Of a stretch of DNA of 64,000 nucleotides, positions 10,966 to 21,221 are shown in pieces; position 1 is the stretch's first letter, and each line of letters opens with the position of its first letter. The position numbers and the translations under genes are program-made. The stretch spans positions 32,001 to 96,000 of the forward strand of contig CAVOVB010000005.1 of assembly GCA_963699755.1 (NCBI GenBank), given 5' to 3'. Below the pieces are notes generated by a model. The model made no database searches, was not told the DNA's origin, and worked only from the letters and a program-made list of their open reading frames with translations. This DNA comes from an uncultured delta proteobacterium (GTDB lineage Bacteria > Myxococcota_A > Polyangia > Polyangiales > Houyiibacteriaceae).

Positions 10966-12042
10966 ATGAGACCAACCAGCAAACTCCATTCGCTCGGCCA
11001 GAGCCTCTGGCTCGACAACATCACCCGCGACCTGCTCAAGAGCGGGACCCTGAAGCGCTACATCGATCATTTCGCCGTCACAGGGCTGACCTCCAACCCG
11101 ACGATTTTCGACCAGGCCATCAAGAACAGCGCGAGCTACGACGATGAGATCCTTCGGAAAGAGTGCGCAGCACAGTCGGCAGAAGAGCTGTTTTTCGGCT
11201 TGGCTCTAGATGACGTGACCCGGGCCGCGGACCTGTTTGAGCCGACCTTCCGACGCACGGACGGTGTAGACGGTTGGGTTTCGCTCGAGGTGTCCCCGCT
11301 CTTGGCCTACGACACCGAGAGCACGCTGGCGGCCGCGAAAAGCCTTCATGACCGCGCGGGCAGGCCCAACCTCTTCATCAAGATCCCCGGCACACCCGAA
11401 GGCCTGCCTGCCATCGAGGAAGCGATCTTTGCGGGCGTTCCGATCAACGTCACCTTGCTCTTCTCGCGCGAGCAGTATGTGGCGGCAGCCGAGGCCTATT
11501 TGCGCGGAGTGGAGCGGCGCATCGCCGCTGGGCTCAATCCAGCAGTCGCATCGGTCGCCTCGCTCTTCGTCAGCCGCTGGGATGTCGCGGTGGCGGGCGA
11601 CGTGCCTGCGCCTCTAGTCAACCGTCTTGGCGTCGCGATTGCTCACCGGACCTACAAAGCGTACCGGGATTTGCTGGACTCGCCGCGCTTTCAGCGAGCT
11701 GCAAACGCCGGGGCACGCGCCCAGCGCCTGCTCATGGCCAGCACCGGCACCAAGGACCCGAAGGCCTCCGACATCCTTTACGTCCGAGCTCTGGCTGCCC
11801 CGTTCACGGTCAATACCATGCCGGAAAAGACCCTTCAGGCCTTTCACGATCACGGCGAGGTCGGCGAGATGCTCGCTGCCGATGGCGGCGATTGCGAAGC
11901 GGTGCTGGCGAGCTTCGGCAAGGCGGGAGTCGACATCGATGCGCTTGCGGCCCGGCTCCAGAACGAAGGCGCGTCGTCGTTTGCAAAGTCTTGGAACGAC
12001 CTGATGGCCCGTATCGAGTCCAAGCGAACCGAAATCCGATAG
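10966..12042 (+). CDS. tal: transaldolase
   Basis: GQSLWLDNITR, GLTSNPTIF, FIKIPGTPEG, NVTLLFS, ASTGTKDP. Confidence 0.96.
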   Translation: MRPTSKLHSLGQSLWLDNITRDLLKSGTLKRYIDHFAVTGLTSNPTIFDQAIKNSASYDDEILRKECAAQSAEELFFGLALDDVTRAADLFEPTFRRTDGVDGWVSLEVSPLLAYDTESTLAAAKSLHDRAGRPNLFIKIPGTPEGLPAIEEAIFAGVPINVTLLFSREQYVAAAEAYLRGVERRIAAGLNPAVASVASLFVSRWDVAVAGDVPAPLVNRLGVAIAHRTYKAYRDLLDSPRFQRAANAGARAQRLLMASTGTKDPKASDILYVRALAAPFTVNTMPEKTLQAFHDHGEVGEMLAADGGDCEAVLASFGKAGVDIDALAARLQNEGASSFAKSWNDLMARIESKRTEIR

Positions 12043-12054
12043 CAGGAGAAGTCC

Positions 12055-13692
12055 ATGAGCACACCCATCTTTCGCAAGCGCTCCGCTTGGAACGCGCTCC
12101 AAGTCCATCACCAAGAGACGAAGAGCCTTCATCTCCGGCATCTCTTCGCGGAAGACCCCAAGCGCGGCGAACGAATGACGGCGGAGGCGGCGGGGGTTTA
12201 TCTCGACTATTCGAAAAATCGAATCACCGAAGAAACCTTGAAGCTCTTGCTGCGTCTCGCCGAGGAGTCAGGCCTGCGTGAGCGCATCGATGCCATGTTT
12301 CGGGGCGACGAGATCAATGTTTCGGAAAAGCGCGCCGTGCTCCACGTGGCGCTTCGCGCGCCGCGCGGCGCCTCGATCCAAGTCCATGGTGAAAACGTGG
12401 TGCCCGCCGTTCACGGCGTCCTCGACAAGATGGCTGAGTTCGCCAACCGGCTGCGCGACGGGCGCTTCAGAGGGCACACCGGAAAACGCATCCACAACGT
12501 GATCAACATCGGCATCGGAGGCTCGGACCTCGGGCCGGTGATGGCCTACGAGGCGCTCAAGCACTACAGCGATCGGAATCTCAGATTCCGCTTCGTCTCG
12601 AACGTCGACGGCACCGATTTCGCCGAGGCGGTACACGGGCTCGATCCAGCCCAGACCCTCTTCATCGTCGCCTCCAAGACGTTTACGACGCTCGAGACGA
12701 TGACCAACGCGCATTCGGCGCGGAACTGGACGCTGACGGGCCTCAAGGGTCAAAAGGCCAGCATCGCAAAGCATTTCGTGGCGGTCTCGACCAACGCCAA
12801 AGAGGTAGAGGCGTTCGGCATCGACAGCGCCAACATGTTCGGCTTCTGGGACTGGGTCGGCGGTCGCTACTCGATGGACTCGGCGATCGGCCTTTCGACC
12901 ATGCTGTCCATCGGCCCGGACAACTTTCGCGCCATGCTCGACGGGTTCCACGAGATGGACGAGCATTTCCGCACCGCACCCTTCGAACGCAACCTGCCGG
13001 TGCTGCTAGGGCTGCTTTCCATCTGGTACAACAACTTCTTTGGAGCCGAGACGGTCGCCGTTCTTCCCTACGATCAATACCTGAAGCGCTTTCCGGCGTA
13101 TCTTCAGCAGCTCACCATGGAGAGCAACGGCAAGCGCGTGACCCTCGATGGCGTGCCCGTGGACTTCGACACGGGACCCATCTACTGGGGAGAGCCCGGG
13201 ACGAACGGCCAGCACTCCTTCTATCAACTACTCCACCAGGGCACGCGGCTCGTCCCCTGCGATTTCATCGCATTTGCCGAGAGCCTGAACCCGCTCGGCG
13301 GGCATCACGACATCCTGCTCGCCAACGTCTTCGCCCAGTCCGAAGCCCTCGCCTTCGGCAAGACCGCCGAACAGGTGAAGGCCGAGGGCACGCCGGATTG
13401 GCTCGTGCCGCACCGGGTCTTCGAGGGCAACCGCCCGTCGAACACGATCCTGCTCGACCGCATGACGCCAGCCGCGCTCGGCAAGTTGGTCGCGCTCTAC
13501 GAGCACAGCGTCTTTGCCCAGGGCGCGATCTGGGAGATCGATTCGTTCGACCAGTGGGGCGTGGAGCTAGGGAAGGTTCTCGCCCAGCGCATCATCCCCG
13601 AGGTGGAGGGCCAGACGGAAGCGATCCTCGAACATGACAGCTCGACCAACGCGCTGATCCGGCGGTACCTTCGGCACAAGAGGGAGCACTAG
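12055..13692 (+). CDS. pgi: glucose-6-phosphate isomerase
   Basis: [41 protein letters not shown]. Confidence 0.98.
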   Translation: MSTPIFRKRSAWNALQVHHQETKSLHLRHLFAEDPKRGERMTAEAAGVYLDYSKNRITEETLKLLLRLAEESGLRERIDAMFRGDEINVSEKRAVLHVALRAPRGASIQVHGENVVPAVHGVLDKMAEFANRLRDGRFRGHTGKRIHNVINIGIGGSDLGPVMAYEALKHYSDRNLRFRFVSNVDGTDFAEAVHGLDPAQTLFIVASKTFTTLETMTNAHSARNWTLTGLKGQKASIAKHFVAVSTNAKEVEAFGIDSANMFGFWDWVGGRYSMDSAIGLSTMLSIGPDNFRAMLDGFHEMDEHFRTAPFERNLPVLLGLLSIWYNNFFGAETVAVLPYDQYLKRFPAYLQQLTMESNGKRVTLDGVPVDFDTGPIYWGEPGTNGQHSFYQLLHQGTRLVPCDFIAFAESLNPLGGHHDILLANVFAQSEALAFGKTAEQVKAEGTPDWLVPHRVFEGNRPSNTILLDRMTPAALGKLVALYEHSVFAQGAIWEIDSFDQWGVELGKVLAQRIIPEVEGQTEAILEHDSSTNALIRRYLRHKREH

Positions 13693-13695
13693 CAG

Positions 13696-14721
13696 ATGCA
13701 ACTAGGAATGATCGGCCTCGGCCGGATGGGGGCCAACATGGTGCGTCGCCTGTTGAAGGGCGGCCACGAATGCGTGGCGTACGACGTCTCGGCAGAGGCG
13801 GTTGCCGAGTTGGTCAGCGAGAAGGCCGTCGGCGCTGCCTCCCTGGCGGAGCTCACGAAGAAGCTCACGAAGCCGCGCGCGGTCTGGCTGATGGTCCCGG
13901 CCGGCGTGGTCGACGCGACGATCGCCGATCTGGTTCCTCATCTGGATCGAGGCGATATCATCATCGACGGTGGCAACAGCTACTACATCGATGATATCCG
14001 CCGGGCGAAAGAGCTCGGGTCGCAAGGCATTCACTACGTCGATGTCGGCACCAGCGGTGGCGTCTGGGGGCTCGAGCGGGGTTATTGCATGATGATCGGC
14101 GGCGAAGCGAAAACGGTGGAGCACTTGGATCCCATCTTCGTCACCCTGGCTCCGGGACGAGGTGACATCCCGCGTACCCCGGGACGAGAACAGGCAACGG
14201 GTACGAGCGAGAAAGGCTACTTGCACTGCGGTCCGAGCGGCGCCGGTCATTTCGTCAAGATGGTCCACAACGGGATCGAGTATGGCGTGATGGCTGCATA
14301 CGCCGAGGGGATGGCGGTCTTGAAAGCGGCCAACATCGGGAAGAAGACCGGCGCCGTCGACGCCGAGACCACTCCCCTCCGAGACCCGGAGCACTACCAA
14401 TACGACTTCGATCTGCCGGACATCGCCGAGCTCTGGCGGCGCGGCAGCGTCATCGCGTCATGGCTCCTCGACCTTTCCGCAGCCGCGCTGCTCGAGGATC
14501 CCGCGCTCTCGGCCTTCGAAGGACGCGTTTCGGACTCCGGCGAAGGACGTTGGACGATCAAAGCGGCTATCGACGAGGCGGTGCCTGCCCACGTGCTGTC
14601 CTCGGCCCTCTACGAGCGCTTCAGCTCCCGGGGCCAGGCGGACTTTGCCGACAAGCTGCTTTCGGCGATGCGCCACCAGTTCGGTGGGCATGTCGAAAAG
14701 CTCGCGAAACAACCAGGATGA
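13696..14721 (+). CDS. gnd: 6-phosphogluconate dehydrogenase, decarboxylating (short form)
   Basis: [45 protein letters not shown]. Confidence 0.96.
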   Translation: MQLGMIGLGRMGANMVRRLLKGGHECVAYDVSAEAVAELVSEKAVGAASLAELTKKLTKPRAVWLMVPAGVVDATIADLVPHLDRGDIIIDGGNSYYIDDIRRAKELGSQGIHYVDVGTSGGVWGLERGYCMMIGGEAKTVEHLDPIFVTLAPGRGDIPRTPGREQATGTSEKGYLHCGPSGAGHFVKMVHNGIEYGVMAAYAEGMAVLKAANIGKKTGAVDAETTPLRDPEHYQYDFDLPDIAELWRRGSVIASWLLDLSAAALLEDPALSAFEGRVSDSGEGRWTIKAAIDEAVPAHVLSSALYERFSSRGQADFADKLLSAMRHQFGGHVEKLAKQPG

Positions 14722-15302
14722 CCAGGGACGAGCTCGATCAGCTTTCGATCAACACGATCCGAACGCTCTCGATCGATGCCGTCCAGCAGGCGCAGTCCGG
14801 ACATCCCGGCACGCCCATGGCGCTCGCGCCTCTGCTTTACGCGATCTGGAATCGAGTCCTGCGCTTCGATCCGCAGGACCCGATCTGGCCCGACCGGGAC
14901 CGCTTCGTGCTCTCGAACGGCCACGCCTCGATGCTGCTCTGGTCGGTGCTGTATCTATCGAAGACTCGAGCGGTGAACGCCGACTACGAGCGCCTCGGGC
15001 GGCCCTCGGTGACGCTGGATGACATTCGCCATTTCCGACAGCTCGGCAGCAAGTCGCCCGGACATCCCGAGTATCACTGGGTCTCCGGGGTGGAGACCAC
15101 GACCGGTCCGCTGGGTCAGGGGATCGCGACGAGCGTCGGCATGGCGATCGCGCGAACCTGGTTGGCCAGCCGCTACAATCGGCCGGGCTTCGAGATCTTC
15201 GACTACGACATCTATGCCGTCTGCGGCGACGGATGCCTGATGGAGGGCGTGGGCTCGGAGGCCGCCTCGCTTGCAGGTCACCTCGAGCTCGAGAGCCTGT
15301 GA
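14718..15302 (+). pseudogene. tkt: transketolase, 3'-truncated at about 194 aa
   Basis: [40 protein letters not shown] then abrupt stop. Confidence 0.9.
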
Positions 15303-15461
15303 CCGAACGATGTGCTCATGTTCGAGCGATCGGGCTTTCGCATCGCCATGGGCAATACCTCCGACGAGGTGAAATCGCGAGCCACCGCGACAACCGATTC
15401 CTACAACGACGAGGGCTTTGCAAAGGCGATGGAGCGCTTCATTCTGGGCGCAGAGAGTTGA
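15303..15461 (+). pseudogene. C-terminal remnant of a Cof-type HAD hydrolase
   Basis: PNDVLMFERSGFRIAMGN...TTDSYNDEGFAKAMERFIL* (translated by hand; not in ORF track). Confidence 0.8.
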
Positions 15462-15469
15462 GGCGATCC

Positions 15470-16189
15470 ATGGACGGAAAGGTCGAGATACTCGAAGATC
15501 CACTGGCGCTCGCGCGGCACGTCGCCGAATGGTTGACGGCCACAGCGCTCGCGTCGAAGGGCCCATTTCGGGTGGCGCTCTCGGGTGGCTCGACACCCAA
15601 GCTGCTGTACGAGGTTCTTGCGTCCGATGAGCTCCGGACGCGTTTCCCATGGCAGCGAGTCCTCTGGTACTGGGGCGATGAACGGTTCGTGCCGCACGAC
15701 CATCCTGACAGCAACTACAGGATGGCGCGCGAGTCGATGCTCGACAAGGCGCCGGTGCCGCCTGAAAACGTCTTCCCGGTTCGGGTCGATGGCAGCCCCG
15801 AGGAGGCCGCGATGCGCTACGAGCGAACCCTGCAACAAGCGTATGGAGGAGCGGCGCTAGAGCCCATGAGGCCCCTTCTCGACATCAATCTGCTCGGGCT
15901 CGGGCCCGACGGCCATACCGCGTCGCTCATACCGGGTGAGCCGGTGTTGCAGGAGCGCAAGCGCTGGGTCGTCGCCGTGCCTCACGGCCGGCCCGAGGTC
16001 CGCATCACGATGACCTATCCAGTGCTCGAGAGCTGCCGGCACGCAGCCTTCATCGTGTCTGGAGAGGCAAAGGCCGCCATCGCCGCCGCCATTCTAGCAG
16101 GCGGAAGCCACGTTCCTGCCGCACGCATCAAACCGATCGGCGAGCTCATCTGGTTCCTCGATCGGGCGGCCGCGGGTCGAATCAGATGA
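15470..16189 (+). CDS. pgl: 6-phosphogluconolactonase
   Basis: VALSGGSTP, WGDERFVP..HPDSN, LGLGPDGHTASL, RITMT. Confidence 0.95.
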   Translation: MDGKVEILEDPLALARHVAEWLTATALASKGPFRVALSGGSTPKLLYEVLASDELRTRFPWQRVLWYWGDERFVPHDHPDSNYRMARESMLDKAPVPPENVFPVRVDGSPEEAAMRYERTLQQAYGGAALEPMRPLLDINLLGLGPDGHTASLIPGEPVLQERKRWVVAVPHGRPEVRITMTYPVLESCRHAAFIVSGEAKAAIAAAILAGGSHVPAARIKPIGELIWFLDRAAAGRIR

Positions 16190-16279
16190 AACCCATGCAG
16201 CCGGTTTCTTTCGCACCGAGGATTACGAGACCGCCATCGCGGCGATCCGCCGAAGTGCCGCTGCCGCCACGGCTGAGTC

Positions 16280-17199
16280 ATGAGCGAAGGGACATCTCGA
16301 TCCAACTCGGAACGTGACTCTCTCAAGCGCGCGGCTGCAGAAGCTGCTGTGGCACTGGTCGAGGATGGCATGGTGGTCGGCCTCGGCAGCGGCTCGACGG
16401 CGGCCTTTGCGCTGGAGGCTCTCGCCCAACGCCAACGCCAGGGCCTCCGTGTCATCGGGATTCCCACCTCCGAAGAGACGGCGGCTCGCGCGACGACAGC
16501 AGGCATTCCGCTCAGCTCTTTCGCCGAGCACCGGCAGATCGACCTCACCATCGACGGCGCCGACGAGGTCGAACGCGGGACGCTGAATTTGATCAAGGGA
16601 CTAGGCGGCGCTCGAAGCACTTGGTGCCAACGCGCGTCTGCGCCTTGCGGCATCGGGCGAGCCTTTTGTGACGGACAGCGGCAACCGGATTCTCGACTGC
16701 AGCTTTGGCGCGATTGCCGATCCGACGAGGCTCGAGGAGCGCATTGGGCGCGTCGTCGGAGTAGTCGAGAGCGGCCTCTTCATCGGTCGGGCGGATTCGG
16801 TTTTCGCGGCCGATGCAGCGCGCGTTCATCGCCTCGAGAGAGAGCGCGCGCACCCGGACGGCTCGCCCATATTGGTCGTCATGGGGGTGTCGGGATCGGG
16901 CAAGACGACCATCGCGAAGCAGCTGGCGGCGCGACTCGGCTGGCCCTTTGAGGAAGGCGATGCGCTTCATCCCGAGTCGAATGTCGCCAAGATGCATGCT
17001 GGGTTTCCCTTGACCGATGCCGACCGCCAACCCTGGCCCGAGGCCGTGGCCGCCTGGATCGATGGCCAACGTGCCAAGCATCGACCCGGAATCATTGCCT
17101 GCTCGGCTCTCAAGCGATCGTATCGCCAAGTCATCATCGGAAACCGGCCCGAGGTCCGGCTCGTCTATCTCCGTGGCAGCAGCGCCCTGATCGCGGACT
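16280..17199 (+). pseudogene. rpiA: RpiA-gluconokinase fusion, broken by a frameshifting internal deletion (~16612) and 3' truncation
   Basis: GLGSGST, IDGADEV, IKGLGGA; then other frame TDSGN.ILD...GVVESGLF continuing in frame into VMGVSGSGKTT...EGDALHPESNVAKM...PLTDADR.PW...ACSALKRSYR. Confidence 0.85.
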
Positions 17200-17440
17200 T
17201 GAGCACGCTTGACCTCCAAATGAGAGAGGGATACTTGGCCTCCGATGGCGCGATTCTACAAGAAGCGCGAAGAGAGCCGACTTCGCCAAGACCCAGCCGG
17301 TCACTTGGATCAATGTCGACGGCCTACACGATACGAACCAAATCAGAGAGATCGGAAGGATCTTCGATCTGCATCCCCTTCTCATGGAAGACATCTCGAA
17401 CACGGGGCAACGCCCAAAGATGGAGGAGCTCGACAGCGAG
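17200..17440 (+). pseudogene. corA: internal fragment of magnesium transporter CorA
   Basis: VTWINVDGLHDTNQIREIGRIFDLHPLLMEDISNTGQRPKMEE (hand-translated from 17279); left boundary approximate. Confidence 0.8.
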
Positions 17441-17680
17441 CTCCGCCGCGAGAAGACTTGCGCGAACCTTTCTCGTGACCTCGATCATCCCTATTCCCCG
17501 GAGCGGTTGATTTGGCACAGATACGGAAGCAAGAACCTCTTCTCAGAAGTTTGGAGCGATCGAACCTGCAAGCAGGACCTTCGGCACTTGGCGCAGAAGC
17601 CGTACCGAGCGCTGTCCATCCGAGGCCTGTCCGCGGTAAGGTCCCGCTGAGCAGATGGCTTCGGCCTGGGAGGGGCAGCG

Positions 17681-18286
17681 ATGCGTACGCGACATAGGAT
17701 CGAAATGGCAGCCATGGCCCTTGCGATGGCATTGCTCTTCAGCCCCGAGGGCGCGACAGCGCAGGCCGCTTCAACGCGGGAAGCGCCGCGGCTCTTTGCG
17801 GACATCAGCTCTAGCACCCGCGTCTACCCAAACGCGGACGCCGCGCTCACAGGGTTTGCTTTGGGGTCGATCTGGAGGCCATCGGAGAAATGCGTGCACC
17901 TTGCCGGCGAGCTCTTTGCCCGCTTTGGGCGCAAGGACGCAACGCCCGCCGATCTAAAAATGCGCACTGCCGGAGGAGCCATCGGTGCCCTCTGGGGCAC
18001 CGGAGACTGGGACCGCTGGTTTGGAGCCGGCGCGATGTTTGATCTCGGATGGGGCCGGGTGGGCCCGCGAGATGAGTTTATCTCGAGCGCCTACCTCCGC
18101 GCGCTCCTCTACTGGCGGCTGCGCGGAGAGTTCTGGCTGGGCCTGGACCTACGCGCGGGGTACGTCATTGCCCCCGTTACGGTTGGCGGGATTGGGATGA
18201 AGGGGCCGGTGCTCGGTCTTGGAATCGGGCTGTCCTGGGGCAAGGACGAAGATGAGTACGTGACAGAACCGAGTGCCAGCCGCTAG
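17681..18286 (+). CDS. secreted hypothetical protein, probable small beta-barrel
   Basis: Signal-like MAAMALAMALLFSPEGATAQ; alternating Gly/aromatic strands ending LGLGIGLSW. Confidence 0.55.
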   Translation: MRTRHRIEMAAMALAMALLFSPEGATAQAASTREAPRLFADISSSTRVYPNADAALTGFALGSIWRPSEKCVHLAGELFARFGRKDATPADLKMRTAGGAIGALWGTGDWDRWFGAGAMFDLGWGRVGPRDEFISSAYLRALLYWRLRGEFWLGLDLRAGYVIAPVTVGGIGMKGPVLGLGIGLSWGKDEDEYVTEPSASR

Positions 18287-18362
18287 CCGGCAGCTGAAAT
18301 GGTGTCGCGGGTGACAAGCCTGATGGCGTCCGAGTAAGACCGACTCTAGAGTTCCAGGACGC

Positions 18363-19007
18363 ATGCTGCAGCGAACACGCCGCGCGGTCTTGGCCGCCTC
18401 GATCCTGGCTTCGATCATCCTGACGGTGTGGGTGGGCGTGAGCCTCGCTCGCTTGGTGACCGCGGGATGGTGGCTCGCCGTGCTGATCGCCCTCCCCCTC
18501 GGCGTCGCGGCGGTCGATTTACTGAGCGGAGTCGTTCACTGGGCCTGCGACCGCTTCGGAGACGCGTCCACACCGCTCGTCGGCTCGCTCCTCATCCGTG
18601 CATTCCGGGAGCACCACGTCGATCCAAGGCAGATGGTCGAGCACGACTGGATCGAGACGAACGGTGAGCCGTGCTTCTTCGCCGCCCTGTTCCTAGCAGC
18701 CTTGGCCTTCTTGGCGCCCAACGTTCAGTCCGAGCTCGGCGCGGCGGCAGTGACCCTCGTTTGGACGATGGCCGCCGTCGGGTCCTGGGCCAATCAGGTT
18801 CACAAATGGGCACACATGTCGGAGCCTCCCAGGCTCGCGCGGTTTCTTCAGCGCGTGGGCCTCGCTTTGCGCCCGGACGAGCATGCGTGCCATCATCAGG
18901 CAGCCCACGATTCGGGCTACTGCATCAGCACCGGTTGGATGAATCCGCTCTTGGACCGCACCGGACTTTGGTCTTGGCTCGAACGCTCGCTTAGGAGAAC
19001 GGCTTGA
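18363..19007 (+). CDS. carF: CarF/TMEM189(PEDS1)-family lipid desaturase
   Basis: DLLSGVVHWACD, FREHHVDP...HDWIETNG, NQVHKWAH, HACHH, YCISTGWMN: full His set of the family. Confidence 0.9.
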   Translation: MLQRTRRAVLAASILASIILTVWVGVSLARLVTAGWWLAVLIALPLGVAAVDLLSGVVHWACDRFGDASTPLVGSLLIRAFREHHVDPRQMVEHDWIETNGEPCFFAALFLAALAFLAPNVQSELGAAAVTLVWTMAAVGSWANQVHKWAHMSEPPRLARFLQRVGLALRPDEHACHHQAAHDSGYCISTGWMNPLLDRTGLWSWLERSLRRTA

Positions 19008-19525
19008 AACTGACAGATTGGCTGACCGAACACATCACCGACGACGCGCGGGCCTTGGGCTGGTTCGATAGCCCCGAGGCGGACGATCGCATCGCGCGTT
19101 GCTACAAAGAACTGCTGAACGGCTACGAGATCGACCCGTCGACGATTTTAAAAACGACGCGGATGGTCGGCCCGGACGAGCCGAGGGGCGCAGTGGAGGT
19201 CCGAGACATCGCGTTCTACTCGATTTGCGCCCACCACTTCCTCCCGTTCTTTGGGCACCTCAGCATTCGCTATGTCCCTGGGGATCGCATTCTTGGGCTC
19301 GGTAAGCTGCCCCGCCTGGTCGACGCGTACGCGCGCCGATTCCAGATTCAGGAAGACCTCGTCCGGGACATCGCTCGAGAGATGATGCAGTCGGGCCACG
19401 CGCGAGGTGTTCTCGTGCAATCGGAAGCACGGCACCTCTGCATGCTGAGTCGAGGCCCCCAAAGTGCTGCCTCGGTCACGCGCACCGAGATCGCACTTGG
19501 ATGTCTCAGCGACCAGGGTGGATGA
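19004..19525 (+). CDS. folE: GTP cyclohydrolase I (short, divergent FolE paralogue)
   Basis: SICAHHFLPFFG, GLGKLPRLVDAYARRFQIQE, HLCMLSRG; TTG start overlaps carF stop. Confidence 0.85.
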   Translation: MKLTDWLTEHITDDARALGWFDSPEADDRIARCYKELLNGYEIDPSTILKTTRMVGPDEPRGAVEVRDIAFYSICAHHFLPFFGHLSIRYVPGDRILGLGKLPRLVDAYARRFQIQEDLVRDIAREMMQSGHARGVLVQSEARHLCMLSRGPQSAASVTRTEIALGCLSDQGG

Positions 19526-20427
19526 GGCTCACCGCGATTGCGTTGGGAGCCTGGTGCCTCCTGGGTTGTAGCCGCGGCGACCTGGGTTCAGCGCCGGATA
19601 GCCAGTCCGCCAAGGTTGCAGCGGCTCCCGCCGAACACCCAAGCGCGCGCTCGCTTGATTTTCTGATCGAGTCGAAGCCGGGGAAGTCGCTGACGGTCGA
19701 AGAGATGTCGAAGAACATCGAGCCTGTTCGCGTCGAGGTATTCGAGCCCTACGAGCACACGAACGTGGTGTTCACTGCGCTCCCGCTCGAGCGAGTGCTC
19801 GACGAAGCGTACGGGCCGTCTTGGCGAACGCACGAAGCAATTCTGTTCAGCTGTCGCGACGGCTACGAGCCCACGATTCCCGTGCGACGCGTCTTGGATC
19901 ACCGGGCGTTTCTGGCGATCGACCGACCAGGCGACGCCGGTTTCACGATCCTGAAGTACGAAGAGGGCGCGAAACGGCGGATCGCGCTCAGCCCTTTCTA
20001 TGTCATCTGGGAAAACCTGGGCAATGCCCGAGTCCGCACCGAGGGCGACTACGGCTGGCCCTACCAGGTCGTTCGAATCGACCTCGTGTCATTCCGATCG
20101 CGGTTCCGAGAGATGGCGCCTCCAGAGAATTCGAATGCAACCGTTCTGGCGGGGTTCGACGCCTTCATCGCGCACTGCTCCAAGTGTCACATGATCAACG
20201 GCCACGGGGGCGCGATCGGACCGGAGCTCAACTATCCGGCCAATCCTACCGAATACATGACCGACGCGTGGCTGCGGAAGTGGATCGACGATCCGACGCT
20301 CATGCGCGTGGCTCCACGAATGCCCCCACTGAACCCGGATTTGCCCAGCCGGGCGCGAATCATCGACGAGATCGTCGCCTATCTCGCTGCGATGGCATCC
20401 CACAAAGTCGAGCGCGGCGCGCCGTGA
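19522..20427 (+). CDS. lipoprotein: sulfite-oxidase-fold-like N-terminal domain plus monoheme cytochrome c
   Basis: Lipobox LLGC; FSCRDGYEPTIP...PFYVIW...WPYQVVRI; CSKCH...GPELN...PRMP; ATGA overlap with folE. Confidence 0.8.
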   Translation: MRLTAIALGAWCLLGCSRGDLGSAPDSQSAKVAAAPAEHPSARSLDFLIESKPGKSLTVEEMSKNIEPVRVEVFEPYEHTNVVFTALPLERVLDEAYGPSWRTHEAILFSCRDGYEPTIPVRRVLDHRAFLAIDRPGDAGFTILKYEEGAKRRIALSPFYVIWENLGNARVRTEGDYGWPYQVVRIDLVSFRSRFREMAPPENSNATVLAGFDAFIAHCSKCHMINGHGGAIGPELNYPANPTEYMTDAWLRKWIDDPTLMRVAPRMPPLNPDLPSRARIIDEIVAYLAAMASHKVERGAP

Positions 20428-21095
20428 GCTACGCCGAGTTTTACGATTCGTTCATTCAGCACCCGCTGCTCCTCTGGGCGGCTGCGATCCTCGGGCTGTT
20501 GTTGGCGCTGTCCGGCCCCGTCCCGTCCGTCACGGTGCGTAGGTATTGCATCGCGCTCACGAGTCTTTCGCTTCTCGATGCCTGGCTGACCACCGACGAT
20601 GTTCCTGGTATCGGTCCGCTGACCGGCGCAGCAGCCTGGTTGATGCCGCTGGCCTTCGTTCTCATCGGTGACTTTCGGTTCTTCCTCTTCATCGAGAGCG
20701 CGAAACCAGACGGGACCCTTGCAGCGAGCGCGGGTGCGTGGATGCGAGCGTCTGCTTGGACGCTGCTCGTTCCATTGGCGTCACAGCTTGCCGTTTTCGA
20801 GTTGGGTTCGAACGAGCCTCGCATCCTCTTCTTCGTCTACGAGGCGCTCTTCGTCTTGCTGTCCATCGGCTTGACGCAGGTGTATCTGCCTCGCCGCAGC
20901 CGCGCACTCCTATGGACGCGGCGGGTGACTAGGTTCGTCATCGTCTACTATGCGCTCTGGGGCGCAGCCGACGCGATCATCCTCACGACTGGCGCCGATG
21001 CTGGCTTCCTCCTGCGCCTGCTCCCGAATGTTCTCTACTACGGAGGCCTCGTTCCCGCGATCGCTTGGGCTGCGCCCCGCGCACCTGACGTTTGA
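20424..21095 (+). CDS. polytopic membrane protein of unknown function
   Basis: GTGA overlap with upstream gene; about 7 hydrophobic segments; polar motifs LLDAWL, GDFR, YE, PNVLYYG. Confidence 0.75.
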   Translation: MSYAEFYDSFIQHPLLLWAAAILGLLLALSGPVPSVTVRRYCIALTSLSLLDAWLTTDDVPGIGPLTGAAAWLMPLAFVLIGDFRFFLFIESAKPDGTLAASAGAWMRASAWTLLVPLASQLAVFELGSNEPRILFFVYEALFVLLSIGLTQVYLPRRSRALLWTRRVTRFVIVYYALWGAADAIILTTGADAGFLLRLLPNVLYYGGLVPAIAWAAPRAPDV

Positions 21096-21221
21096 GGCCA
21101 GCTCTCTTTGTGTACCGCGCATAACCGAGCAGTTTCCATCGGGAACAATCGGCCAGCCTGAAGAAGGACCGGCCACCGGCGGCCCGCGATGTCTTCGATC
21201 GCGACCTACGAAAGATCTGCC

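Noticed and set aside
18287..18362. CarH-type operator upstream of carF
   Set aside because: AAGACC/TAGAGT/AGGACG are spaced 11 then 9 bp and match TnnACA poorly; direct regulation of the operon is unsupported
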